DNA of 64,000 nucleotides. Origin: Octopus vulgaris. Taxonomy: Eukaryota. A model generated the notes under the pieces. It was not told the DNA's origin, made no database searches, and saw nothing but the letters and a program-made list of their open reading frames with translations. This document shows, in pieces, positions 1 through 12,648 of the stretch. How positions within the stretch are numbered: position 1 is the stretch's first letter; each line of letters begins with the position of its first letter. The stretch is taken from positions 4,030,001 through 4,094,000 of the forward strand of contig OX597821.1 in the NCBI GenBank assembly GCA_951406725.2, written 5' to 3'. Made by a program: the position numbers and the translations under genes.

Positions 1-1544
1 CCTAGGGCTAAATAGCAGCGAGGTGATTCCTTTCATGGGCCTGTCATATTGAGTTGACAGTATACAACTCTACTGTTCCACTACTGCTTATATCTCTCTG
101 AGATTTTAGAAATGTAATAACTCGACTTTTAGTACTGTTGTATTACAAATGAAAAGGAGTCATGTATACTATGAATAGATTTTAACTCCTTTTGACAACC
201 AAGGCATGAATTTATTACAGGTTTGTTTCTTTTTTTCTCCGTAGTTCAGGTCCTCTTGTAACATATTTGTTATATTTCTCGATTCATAGCTGTCATTTTA
301 GAAATACAATTTCAATATATGTTTGGAACACACTTTTTCGATCAGTAGTTTGTCGGAACACTTTCCCCTCAGTTGAAGAGATCTGATATTTTCTGCTCGG
401 GTAGCTTGTCAAGGGGTAATTCTGGTCTCTCTGGTCTCTGTATTAATTCTTGATTACCGTACCTGCTGTGCAATGTTTATTGATTAACTGTTTTGCCTCA
501 TTAACCAGTAATTTTGGACTTAATTAAATTCATAATCCTTCCGGTTACTAAACACTCTGATAGCTAAATTTGACAACGATGCTGATGCTACTGTAATTTC
601 TTTCACTCTCTTTCTCTTTCCTTCTGTCTATTTACATCGGATTTTATCTCTCCAACTCTGTTTCTCTCGCTCTTTTCGTTCATGATTTTCTTAAACTATT
701 CTGCCAACATAATATTCTGGATTATATATCTTAATGTATTTGGATTTAGGTGCTCAATGTTATTTCTACTCTAAGTGTTTAAAATTGATGTTCTTATAAA
801 ACCTTTAGTATTCGCTGGAATGATAAAAATCTCGTATGAGTACTTACATATTTCAATTATTCAATTATTTACTCCTCACCATGATAGCGTTTCGTTCTTG
901 AAACTATTCACGCTCAATACATGCTTTGTGCTTTACATATTTGTGTTGATATTATACAAAAAACATAGTAATATGGCGCTGTCATTTGCCTGCAGGTTCC
1001 CTAAACTGGAGCTTATTTCGTCTTCCTTCTTGTATTATATGCGAGACCTAGAACATAAATTCTCACCATGTGAATGGGACACTAGTCCATCGCAGAATTA
1101 ACCGGTAGCTGATGTTGATGCATATTTTAAACTACTTTCACAGGAATAAAGAAACGTAAATTGCTTGCGGAAGTATACAACGTACCCCAGGCAGCAGACA
1201 TTCAGTCATGACTTTATTTTTCTCAGCCCGTGTGCCGAAACACTGGGCCACGCAGGTTTCCCGCTTTGATATTACACGATATAGGCATTTATTATATTGT
1301 CAATACTATATGATAATATCATATCTTTTATATGGCACTATTTGGAAGGAAGAAGCACAGGGTTAAGAAATGTGTTCTTTATTTAGGATCAAAAGCCTTA
1401 CCCTAAGATAATCCGTAATATAGACGTATATATCGTCCTAGTATTTCTTTAATCTTTAAAGTTATTGTCACATTTTGAACATTATCAATGTGAAGGGGAA
1501 TAAACAAATACACACACACACACACACATTATTTCTTTAAATTC

Positions 1545-1760
1545 TTACAGTCTTTCTTCTGTCATTTTCTTGTATTTCCTTCCAGACGTTTTGCATTTTT
1601 TTCTTATAACCTCGTAGAGACTGTCATCCTCGCCAGGCCTACTAAAGAAATAGCACTCTATTAAAGCTACATTCAATTTCTCCGACCATTTTTCTCTGGC
1701 AACAGCTGGATCACAACCTGGTCGGTGCCACCAAACCATGGGGCAGTGACGGGCGTAGCA
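1545..1760 (-). mobile_element. Degenerate N-terminal fragment of an R4/Dong-like non-LTR retrotransposon ORF
   Basis: ORF text KWSEKLNVALIECYFFSRP...MTEERL resembles the KW(S/T)xxxNxxxxECY...(V/M)TEQRL motif upstream of RT in R4/Dong elements; short and isolated. Confidence 0.55.
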
Positions 1761-1887
1761 ACTCCAGCATTACTTTCCTCCAGCATCATTCACGCGCGTA
1801 TTTTAATTCAATAGTTTTTCTATTTCATTCAAAATGGGATTGGTATTGACGGGGTACCGCAAACATCAGTAATTTTATTTATACCCA

Positions 1888-2109
1888 TTTCTGTACAACC
1901 CACAAGAGGCTAAACACAGAGAGGACAAACAAGGACAGACAAACGGATTAAGTCGATTATATCCACCCCAGTGCGTAACTGGTATTATTTAATCGAGCCC
2001 GAAATGATGAAAGGCAAAGTCGACCTCGGCGGAATTTGAACTCAGAACGTATCGGTAGACGAAATACTGCTAAGTATTTCGCCCGGTGTGCTAACGATTC
2101 TGCCAGCTC
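1888..2109 (-). mobile_element. tRNA-derived SINE, family A (GAGTTCAAATTCCGCCGAGGTCGACTTTGCCTTTCATC core)
   Basis: Reverse complement has the B-box-like GAGTTCAAATT and the same body as the copies at 52386-52601 and 57611-58180. Confidence 0.85.
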
Positions 2110-2417
2110 TAGAGGATGCTTACAACATCCTCTAGTGTGTGCGTGTGCGTCTATGTGTGCGTGAGTGTGTGTGGTTTGTGAGAGAGAGATATGAAAGTGT
2201 GGCTAACTCACATGCCTGTGCGTATATATACATACATATGTACGCGCGCACATACATTTACAAATATATGTAAGCGTATGTATGTGCATTACATGAACAA
2301 TATAATTCAGAGTTTGGTAAATGACGGGAATATTATTATAGTTTCAAAGCTTACATATTTGAGACGGTCGCACATTAGTAGCAGACGATTCGAAGACTTC
2401 GTCTATATATCAATTAC

Positions 2418-2456
<39 letters not shown>

Positions 2457-2473
2457 CATTATTATTATTATCT

Positions 2474-2822
2474 GCACGCTTAGCCGCATTTTGTCTGCGT
2501 TCAAATTCCGCCGACGTCGACTATGTCTTTCATGCTTTCGGGGACGACAAAATTAATTAACAGTGAAACACTGAGGTCGTTGTAATTGACTAGTCCCGTC
2601 CCTCAAAAATTCAGTCCATGTGCCTTTAGCAGAAAGGATTATTCTTATTATTCAAGCGGCGAGCTGACATAATGGATAAAACGCCGGACGAAATGCCTAA
2701 GGGCGTGCCGTCTGTCTTTATACTCCGCTCAAATTCTGCCGCGGTCGACTTTGCTTTTTTTTATTTTTACGACGTCGATAAAATAAGTGCCAGCTGAGAA
2801 CTTGTGCCAAAGTTTGGAACTA
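2474..2822 (+). mobile_element. Two adjacent degenerate family A SINE copies
   Basis: gttcaaattccgccgacgtcgac (about 2500) and ctcaaattctgccgcggtcgactttgc (about 2730), following an (ATT)n tract. Confidence 0.75.
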
Positions 2823-2910
2823 ATATCATTAATACCATGTTTTGTTAATAGTTGTTTCAATAATTTTTTTGGCCACCAAGCGCTTTTTAGTGCTTCTCAA
2901 TAAACTCTTT

Positions 2911-3905
2911 AATACCTCCGCTTTAGCAAAGGCGGAGGTATTGTTTCCAGCCTTGTTTTTTGTTTGTTTGTCCGTGGACAAGATATCTCAAGACGATTTC
3001 GGATGCACCTTTCAGGGATGTTTGGCTTCGTGACTGGCACGGTACCTGACAAGGATTTTCTATTATTTGTTATATTTACTTTACATAAAGTATTATGATC
3101 TTACGTTATCTTCCAAGTCTTTCTCTGATTATCTCCCTTGAAAGCACGCTCTTGGTTGCCACGTAAGTTATGTCGGCGTTGCTGATTCAAAAGTTTTATT
3201 TTCGTTTCTCTATTATTAATTTTACTGGTGTCTCTCTCTCAGTAGAGACTGATGGATAAAGAAATCAAACTACATAAACAAATGACACTAAAATCATTCA
3301 CAAATTAAATAACACTAACATATTCAGCAACAATAATAAATTCAATTTATCCCCGAAAAATTTTTTGTTTTACCAATTTAGAATACATCGCTCCTGTTTA
3401 AAACCTCTTACCTACTTGAAAATTGCATTTCTTGCTCAGCCTTGAAGGAAGTTTCACTTCTTGGACTCACGTTTTTGTGCACAACGATGCTGTAAAACCT
3501 CCGTTAACAGCACCATATGCTGGTGCTTTCCGCTTTCTTTCATGAACGGATGAATTTTTCACTAAAGGCCTTCTTGGTCGTAAAGACACTATATCAGTGG
3601 AGACTAAAAAAAGTCTCCATAGAGAAAACTGACCCTGTCCCCACTGCAGACGAAACGCACACATTACAAACTCGACCCGCAGAACCCACCTTCACATTCC
3701 ATGACTACCATTGCTATCGCTCATGTGCCGGACAATGGTTCTGGATTATTTTACCGATTTTTTTTCTTAATTTTTGAGAGCAGTCGGGTCATTTTTAGTA
3801 TTATCATTTGTGAGAACAGTCGAGTTTATTTCAGATATTCTCTAATTTAAGAATCATCTCCGGCTAATTTTTGAGAAGGTGTTTGCGCTCTCTGAGTGTT
3901 ATTGC
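2911..3905 (+). mobile_element. Helentron-like (DINE-1/HINE-type) non-autonomous element with an internal ~680 bp extra segment
   Basis: 5' hairpin AATACCTCCGC...GCGGAGGTATT (2911-2942), (GTTT)n-like tract, 3' stem-loop GCGCTCTCTGAGTG; both ends align to the shorter copy at 41969-42334. Confidence 0.65.
3440..3630 (+). pseudogene. Ty3/gypsy integrase C-terminal (GPY/F module) fragment
   Basis: Manual translation from 3462: WTHVFVHNDAVKPPLTAPYAGAFRFLS*TDEFFTKGLLGRKDTISV then (frameshift) RLKK. This matches the gypsy pattern THVFVRxDAVRxPLxPPYxGPF/Y...GRxDTVSIDRLK. Confidence 0.75.
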
Positions 3906-6309
3906 TACTGTTGTGTTCGGCGGTAATTGTAAGAACGTGCTTGTATTTTACACATAATTTATAGGAGTGGATGTTACATATATTTGTTGAAATAATATTG
4001 ATATGTTTTCTTATTAATTGCATCATATTTTATGTGTTAGAGATTGCTACTATATCATTTATTTGCCACTATACATACGTGTTTTTAAGGAGCGTCAAAA
4101 TGCTTAATTCGTACTGTAAATAGTTTTGCAAAATTCAGCTCGCGGTCCATTTTCTTAGATTGTCGGCAATGTTTTATGTACTTGTATAGTATTGTTACGT
4201 TTATTAACGGCATCATTTTATTTTTTTTGTTCATACATTATCATTCATGGATTATGTATTGTTATCGTTTCATTTATTAAAGTTCTACGCTTATTACATT
4301 TTTTAAAAAGCATCTATGCAACCTATTATTTCATTGAATGTACATGGAAGGGTTTATAGAGTTCATGCTACTTACATCAAATATAAACATCTAAAACAAC
4401 ACGTATCTTTCGAATGATGAGAAATTTTGTATGCGATTAGATCCGGAACCAATACTACCAAACCATACGACATAGTTATACCTTCTACCGTTTGTTGTTC
4501 TCATTGATTAAAATGAAATATAGCAGAAACATGGTCCATGCAACATAATATCAAACAGGCTCACACATTTTGGGAGGAATGTTGTTGTCAGTTGGACGAA
4601 ATGAGCGCCTGGTTCGAACTATTTTATGGAGAGAGAATGAAGAAATCTTTTAGAAATGCTAGTTGTTAAAGGGACGCTATTCAATATGCAATGCATTTCG
4701 TTGATATTTAAGTATTATCTAGATAAGTAATTTCTAAAAAGTATTTTGAAATCGAAATCATTAAATAATATTTGTGACTTCAACATCTATTGCAGTCGAA
4801 AAGAATCGAAATACATTGAAAATTCTATATCTTTGCTAGATATCTGCGACATAATGGACTATAGAAATATCTGAAAGCTATGACTATCTCAATAACGAGA
4901 TTTCATTTGTATAGGCTCAGTAAAAGAAATATAAGGATATACCTTTGTGGATTTTGCAGTTAAAATATCATTTCTCCACAATAAGATAATTGTTTAGCTA
5001 TTAACAGAACGAAGTTTGGACTGGATTTGAAATATTAAATCTTGTTTCTGACAAGGGAGCCTGTGAAATACAGCGTTTCTATGAGAGAGAGAGAGGAGAA
5101 AAAGACAACAGAAGGACCGAGAGTTATTACTAAGGTATTTGGTTTTATACTACATATGGAGAATTTTCATTGTACTATCACGATATCTATAAAGGCAAGA
5201 TGTTTTGTAAATGGATAAAGACAAATAGTTATTGGAAAGCAGAAAGAATGGATTTTCTGACATGTCTGCCTTCTCTAGAGTGATGATGTCTAATCTTTTC
5301 TAGCAGCATATTTTAACGGAGGTGGTCCCAATATTATTAGGGAAATGCGGTTGGTAAATATAAAAAAAAATATTAGCGATAATATTAATGATTGCTTTGA
5401 CTACGATAATGATAATAATCATGATAATGGTGTTGATAATGATACTTGCGATAGTGGTGGTAGTTGTGATTCTGCTCTTTTAATGCTGCTGAGGATAATG
5501 ATGATGATGAAGTTTATGCTGATGCTGATGCTGAAGTTAATGGCGCTGGTAGTATTGCCGGCAATCGGTGAGAGAGTGAAAACAATGGTGGTGTTGAGGA
5601 TCATGCTGATGACTGCATTCACGATGATGATGTTGATGATAAAAAGATAATGCTGACAATGATGGATCGTGATGGCGATGGTGATGAAGATGCGATTCTC
5701 TATAGCCATTGGAATATCAGTGAAATATGTGAAAATTTGTTCTTATCCGCCGGGAATTTAAAAACAAACCAAAAATTTATATCACATTTAAAAAATCTGT
5801 TCAAAATGTCTTCCATCCTATGAGAATTTAGACCCACACCGCAACGTGTGCAACAACAGCAACAACAAAATCACAGCAGTCAGAGCAGCTGCAGCAAAAA
5901 CGCTAACACAAAACGAAAGAATCAAGAACAAAGACGACGATTAAGACGCAAAATGCGATGAAGATGTAGCGTTTAGGAAACATTAGTATTAGAATAGGAG
6001 GAAATTTCACAAAACAATATGGCGAAGAAACAGGGGAATAGCTGGTGTTTAAAACAACCATCGCAACAGCTAAATAAATAAACGTTTTGCTTTTTTTAAA
6101 AAAAAGAACAACAAAACCGAAAAGCAACTATAGAAGACTATTGTTAAAAATCATCACCAGTGATGAAAATAACGGAGGTGTGAAAAGAAAATATGAATGT
6201 GTGTGTGTCTGTGTGTGAAATAAAGAGCCGTTTTAAATAATGAGAGAAAAGAGTACAGCTCGTGGTAGAAGAAAGGAGACAGGAAAGAGTATCGAAGAGA
6301 CATTTATGA

Positions 6310-6342
<33 letters not shown>

Positions 6343-6348
6343 CATACA

Positions 6349-6412
<64 letters not shown>

Positions 6413-8413
6413 GCATGTATATTATTATATATATTCGTGTGAATGTATATATGTATTTAGAGCCAGGGCTACCGAAAAAAATATATATGCATCAGAGTAT
6501 GAAAAATTGGGAAGGAGAATAAGGAGAGAAAATTACAGAAACTACGAGAAGAAACAGACTGTGTGAACGAAAGTTCTTTTCAGCAATGAAAATAAATCAA
6601 CAAATACATAAATAGATAAATAAACATATTTGTTTGTGGATTGTTTCTATATTGCTTTTTATTTGTTTTATTGTGATTTTATTTAATGTTTATTGAGATA
6701 ATTTTTCGGTTGTTATTAATATTTTTTGCGTTCCACTAAAATTACCCCTTTTTATTCGCTTTTTCAATTCTACCCGCCACAATCGCACAAAATATGTAGT
6801 TAATCATATACTGAACTGTTCAAAACTAGAATGTTGCCGCTTAGAGCATCAACAAACGTGATGATTTTCCGGATATCTCCCTAAAGAAATTAATTGTTTC
6901 ATTCAAAATTGTCACAGAAATAGAAAAAATAAAAAAAAATATTCGGTTACACATTCTCAACCCATCAAACCCATACACATATGTTCATACACGTTAGCTT
7001 ACACATAAATAATAGCGCTCCTTTTTTTTATATTTCCAGCTTTATATTTCTTTGTCTTCTTATTACCTTCTCCTTTCTCTATTTGCTTTCCTCTTTTCTC
7101 TCACTCTCTCTACCTCACTCTATCACCCAGTCTCTCACTCTCAGTAATGCATTCTACCGCTCTATTTAGCTGTCTGTTTTCTACCTGCGGACACTACTAC
7201 ACACTATTTTCTTTCCCTCCGCCATCACCTCTCTTTCTGTCCCAATTTGTTCATCTCTATATACATCACGTATTTTCCCTTTGTGTACATATTTCTTGTA
7301 TTCCAGCATCTCTATGCCTTTCATTCTCACGTATCTTTCTTATTCTCCTAGTTCTTTATTTCTTTACATGTAAATATGCCTCAATAGAACGCCTTCGTTA
7401 TAGCTATCAGTCTATCTATTTATATCCCTCAACTCAACCACACACATACACACACACCCGCGCGCTTAAATCACATAAACGCGTCTAACTTCTGTAACAT
7501 ACAAACATACACATAAGAGTTGTCCCATGACAAATCTAACACCATTCTTTCAAAATTCTCCATTCTGCAACTAGAAGACATTCCTTCTATCCTTATTCTA
7601 TCTCCAAAGAGTTTTCATTGAAAGCCAGCATGTTTCTTTATATTTCTCTGACATTGTGCGTGCGTGTGTGTGTGTATGTGTGTGTGTTTACACATATGCG
7701 GACACTCATGTGTGTGAACACACATGTTCACAAACTAAAGAGACACACAAGGGATAAATTTTGAAACATGTGTAAATAGGTTGACCTTTGAAAAAAGAAA
7801 CAGGGTCTGACGTTTCGGAAAGAGCTTTGCGTCATAAAATATAAAAGTGAAGTGCGGTGAAGAAAAATGGTTGAGGGTCGCGTGTGGGAATTGGCTTCTA
7901 TACGGAGGAGTTGAGAAACTGAGAAAGAGGCTGCGAACTTTGTGCAAATATAGGATAACTAAGTAGGGAGAAGGACATAAAAGTAGAGTTGGGGCTTTGT
8001 GGTAGCATGTGGTTAGCTAGTGTCGAGTGCGTATATATGTGTACGCCTCTGTAAATGCGTTGTATTTTCTGTTTTAAGATTCTATAATTCCTTTGAAATA
8101 TATATTCAAATCAGTAAAACATTAGTTAGGTGCGGTGTGTACGATGAGTGCTTATCAGTTATATTCATTTATACACTATATCAACTCTCAGACTCCTAAT
8201 CACTTCTTGTCAAGTCACCACACGTATGCAATCGATCCGATATGATAACAAATAAGCAGTCATTCGTTTCCTTATATGTAACAAGCGAATCATAATTTGA
8301 AATAGGACCAGGGATGGGCAAAGGGTAGGGATGTAGACTAGGACAACAGACAATATGCCATGCATGGCTTCGGACGTATTTAACCGATGACTATCAGTCG
8401 GTCAATCAATCAG

Positions 8414-8468
<55 letters not shown>

Positions 8469-8504
8469 AATAACAGTAAGACTGAGACTACATACGTTTT
8501 AAAG

Positions 8505-8654
8505 CATGGTACTTATTCTATCGGTTACTTTTGCCGAACTGCTAACTTAAGGGGACGTATACTCTCTAACAGTGGTTATCATACTGGGAGGAGTGGGGAA
8601 AGACCAGGCAATAAGGACCCCCACCCTCATACATATAGCTATCTTTCTATCTAA

Positions 8655-8707
<53 letters not shown>

Positions 8708-8900
8708 CATACATACATACATACATACATACATACATACATACATACATAGATACATACGACAGGCCTCTTTCAGTTTCCATCTACCATGTCAACTTAC
8801 ATGGTTTTGGTCGGTCCGAGGCTATTGCAGAAGTCACGCGCCAAAAGCGCCACGCAGTGGGACTGGGCACTGAACCAAGCTTCTTTTACAATACCGTCAC
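8505..8900 (-). mobile_element. Degenerate family B SINE (CORE-like, internal microsatellite)
   Basis: tacttattctatcggt...gacaggcctctttcagtttcc...cacgcagtgggactg, as in 22803-23250. Confidence 0.7.
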
Positions 8901-9544
8901 GCTTTATTTATCCGTTTTCATTTTTATGCTTAATTTTGAAAGCGTTAATACGCTTTTGAAAGGAAGACTACCTCGCACGTGGTAACATGCAGAGATGTTT
9001 CACAGAATATTAAAAGGTTAAGCAGTTACTGCGTAAATCGTTGTTCTGTAAGATGACATCGTTTTCTATAGCACTGTCGGACCTCCATAGAACGTGGAAT
9101 CTCCTTCAAATATTGCTAAAGATTTGCTAAAGTAAGAATTTGGAGAGTGATAATCGGAGCACATGTATAGAAATGCGTTTCATTCATAATTTATTCAAAT
9201 GTTAAAATATGAAATGATCAGATGTCGTGTTACGCTAAAAATTAATGGAAGGGGAGGGGCTATCTTCACGTGCCTGCGTTTCTGGTGAAGTTCACATAAA
9301 TATTCAATGGAAGGCGTCGAAATAATATTAAAATAAGAAACACAGATTTGTTCAGAAATCGAGGGCGCATATACGCAATTCATTTATATATAATGTAAAC
9401 TGAAACGTCTATAACTTGTCAAGATATTTATGATCTGTTATTAGTGTGTAAGAGGTTCACCGCATACACACACCAACACACACACACATACACACACATA
9501 TATATACATATATATATGTGTGTGTGTGTGTGTATGTATATATA

Positions 9545-9773
9545 TAATGGTTAATAAAACGGATGGTTTACACCTGGTAGCTTACATTGTGGAACATTCA
9601 TTCTAACGAGGTGTTTGTATTTATTTCTCACCTGACGAGAAACGTCTGCACCACCGGATGCTCCTGAATCAGCTGCTGAGTGTCCCACAAGAAAAGTTGA
9701 TGCTAGATCAGTCGAAACAATTGTCTTGATTAATAGTAAATTCTCGTGTATTCCATCTTGTGTTTCATTTGTT

Positions 9774-9775
<2 letters not shown>
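9545..9775 (+). mobile_element. Short non-coding element in a TA/CA microsatellite with a degenerate hammerhead motif (Penelope-terminus-like)
   Basis: 9688-9728 CAA-GAAAA-GTTGAT-GCTAG-ATCAGTC-GAAA-CAATTG-TC-TTG; flanked by (TA)/(CA) tracts. Confidence 0.45.
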
Positions 9776-9804
<29 letters not shown>

Positions 9805-9810
9805 CATACA

Positions 9811-9846
<36 letters not shown>

Positions 9847-9887
9847 TATGTGTGTGTGTATGTGAGAGAGATAGGCGTAGTGTATAT

Positions 9888-9928
<41 letters not shown>

Positions 9929-9959
9929 CAAGGAAAAATTTTTTGAAAATATATATATT

Positions 9960-10001
9960 AATTCAAACCGGTTTTCGTCGTAATGCAACTTTTCAAGAAT
10001 T
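9960..10001 (-). ncRNA. Type I minimal hammerhead ribozyme motif, U3:A8 core variant
   Basis: Minus strand reads AATTC-TTGAAAA-GTTG-CATTA-CGAC-GAA-AACCGGTT-T-GAATT: 5-bp stem I, 4-bp stem II (one G-U), palindromic stem III, NUH=UUU. Confidence 0.7.
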
Positions 10002-10515
10002 GTAAGCTGAAAAGAATTTTTTTTATTTTGAGGAGGGGGGAACAATAAAATTACATTATTTGCCAAAAAATAATACACATATACAAAAATTAAAAAATAG
10101 GTACACCGATACATTGTAAATTCTTTGTGTATCTCGAGTTCAATGATAGAGCTTGGAAAAATTCCCTTGGAGGATTAAGATCCATGGGATTAAATCCATG
10201 TGGTGTTTAATTTAGGATGTTTGTTAAATGAATGTCAAAACAGGAAATGGGGTAGGAGCTATCCAGTTCCTGTGAGTAAGGGGAGATAACTCTGTGGATG
10301 TTATGCTCTTCAATTGGAATTATCAATTTTTTGTAAGATAGGATAATAATAAACCTTAAATTATAAAATTAGCATTTTAGCTTCATTTGCATTATCTTTT
10401 TTTATATAATTGTTTGCTAACTTAACATTTAGATTTCAACACTTTATTTATATTGTTTTCTAATTATATAAATTTGCATAAACCAATTTATAATTTCAAT
10501 TCAGATTGTTATGTC

Positions 10516-10710
<195 letters not shown>

Positions 10711-10829
10711 GAATATAAATTTTAGCTTGAAGTGATGACTGCATTACATCCTTATATATTTGTATTAGTCCATCCATGAAGAATGAGGTAGAAAAAAGAA
10801 GTATGATTATCGTGGAGTTTGCATATTAA

Positions 10830-12142
10830 GATGCGTTTTGAATTTTTCAATAAAATGATTCTCCTTGTTAATTCTTCCTTGTGTGGTGATTCCGACTTTA
10901 CATTGGTAGAAGGGGAATATGTAAAATTTGGGATTTTTGTCTTTAGCGCACGAGTCTATGTTGATACTTAGTGGAATTTGACGGTATTCTGGGAGATTTA
11001 TTTGTCCTTTATGGACCGCTACTCTTTTACGTAAAGGGAGGCTCGTTTGTTCAACATAATTATGATGGCAACCGGCGCATGTGAGAGTGTAGATAAAGTT
11101 CTCGGAGGAACAGAAGTTGGTCTTAATTTAAACTTTGTTCCTTGTTTGACGATAAATTCAGAGTCTTCAAGTAGGAAGGTGCAGGTGCCACAGTTTGGGC
11201 GTGCACATTTTTTAACTGATGGGGTGGATGTTGTGTGTGAAGTTTTGCATTTGTCAAGGGTTTTTCAAAGATTTATGTTGCCTTATACATTTGAGTATTT
11301 TGTGTGTATTGATAATGTTATTCATTTTTGGGTCTATTGACAGTAGATTGAGGTTTTGCATGATTGTGGTATATGCTTCGATATTTTTGGAGTTGTGGGT
11401 GGAAATGTATGGAAGTATTTGGGTGTTGTGTGTGTTGTTGGGGTGGGTGGTTTTCAGTGTAATATTGTCTGGTTCTTTGGCACGATTTATTCCATACTCT
11501 ATAAAGGTGGAGGGATATTGGCGTCGTTAAAGTGTTTTTTGAAGTCTTGAAGGCGTATTTCTCGAGTTTTTGGATCCGAGACAATGGTGCATACCCTTTT
11601 AGCTAAGTTGAAAGGGATATTTATCTTGATGTGTTTTGGGTGGCATCAGCTAAAGAGGAGATATTGTTGTGAGTCTGTAGCTTTGTGGTAGATGTCTGTT
11701 ATGATTTGGTTCTTAGGTGTTTTTATAATTAGGAGATCAAGGAAAGGGAGATGATGTTTGCTGAATTCCATAGTGAATTTGATGTCGAGATGAATGTTGT
11801 TCAGTATGGTTTTGAATTCCAGAAGCTTTTTATAAGATTCTTTCCATATGATGTAACAATCATCCAAACACTTTTTCCAGTTTTCCATTAGGTAGATGTG
11901 GAAAACGTGTCCAAATTTCTGGCGTGATATCTCATAGAGTGATAGTTCGAAGAAGCCCCTTATGAGGTTCGCAAGGACTGGTGCAGCCTTGGTACCCATC
12001 GCAATACCACATTTTTGACGGTTGAAGAGGAAATAATTGTTTGTCAGAACTTGAGTGATTCCGTAATGAAGGTCTTGTGAATGCGGTCAGTGAATGCCTC
12101 TGGGTGTTTCTCTAGCCAGAAATCAATTGCCTCAATACCATA
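10830..12142 (-). mobile_element. Penelope-like retroelement (RT, Cys-rich linker, degenerate GIY-YIG), 5'-truncated and frameshifted
   Basis: MGTKAAPVLANL, LDDCYIIW, IKFTME...LPFLDLLI...DIYHKATDSQQYL are PLE RT motifs; downstream KKCARPNCGTC linker; terminal region probably continues to the HHR at 9960. Confidence 0.9.
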
Positions 12143-12189
12143 ATATATATATGTAAATACTTTTAATGTGTGTCTGTATGTGTCTTTAT

Positions 12190-12648
12190 CACGAGACATC
12201 ACTGTTCTTCAGTAAGCTACCACATCCAGTATTGAAATGACCCTCATACGGAATTAGATGCGTTGGGTTGGGCATCTAGCTAGGATGCAGGATGACAGGT
12301 TGCCAAAGTAGTTGTTTTAGAAAGAGTTGCAGCGAGGCCAACGTCCGAAACATAAACGGAAGAAGCGTTTTAGGGAAGCTGTCAAAAGCAACCTTGAGGC
12401 TCTTAATGTGAAAGTTGAAGACAGGGAGCAGATGAAGCAAAGTTGATTGGTTTGGAAACAGATGATCTACAATAGATATAAAGCATTTGATGCTCAAAAA
12501 TTTAACAATCTATCTTGAAATGAACACTTCTTAGAAAGGACTTAAATACAATCCCAGATACTTTTCTGCTTAAAATATTTTATAAGATCTGCAGTAGATT
12601 CCGTTTGTCAAGAGCAGGACTTATTAGTCTTATAAGATCTCATGACAC
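12190..12648 (+). mobile_element. RTE-clade LINE 3' fragment
   Basis: Manual translation MRWVGHLARMQDDRLPK*LF*KELQRGQRPKHKRKKRFREAVKSNL...ICSRFRLSRAGLISLIRSH, the typical RTE post-RT region with a degenerate terminal zinc-finger-like motif. Confidence 0.85.

Noticed and set aside
1-780. Possible further R4/Dong-like relic on the minus strand
   Set aside because: Composition is suggestive but I could not recover a diagnostic motif
2109-2135. Perfect 10-bp hairpin CTAGAGGATG-CTTACAA-CATCCTCTAG at a SINE junction
   Set aside because: Single short palindrome, most simply a repair or junction scar; bacterial terminator logic does not apply
5345-5710. Overlapping Met/Asp-rich ORFs (similar at 41024-41755)
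   Set aside because: Decayed (GAT)n low-complexity sequence
9625-9652. CTGACGA immediately followed by GAAACGTC
   Set aside because: No stem II and no convincing stem I; better read as a TTTCTC/GAGAAA hairpin
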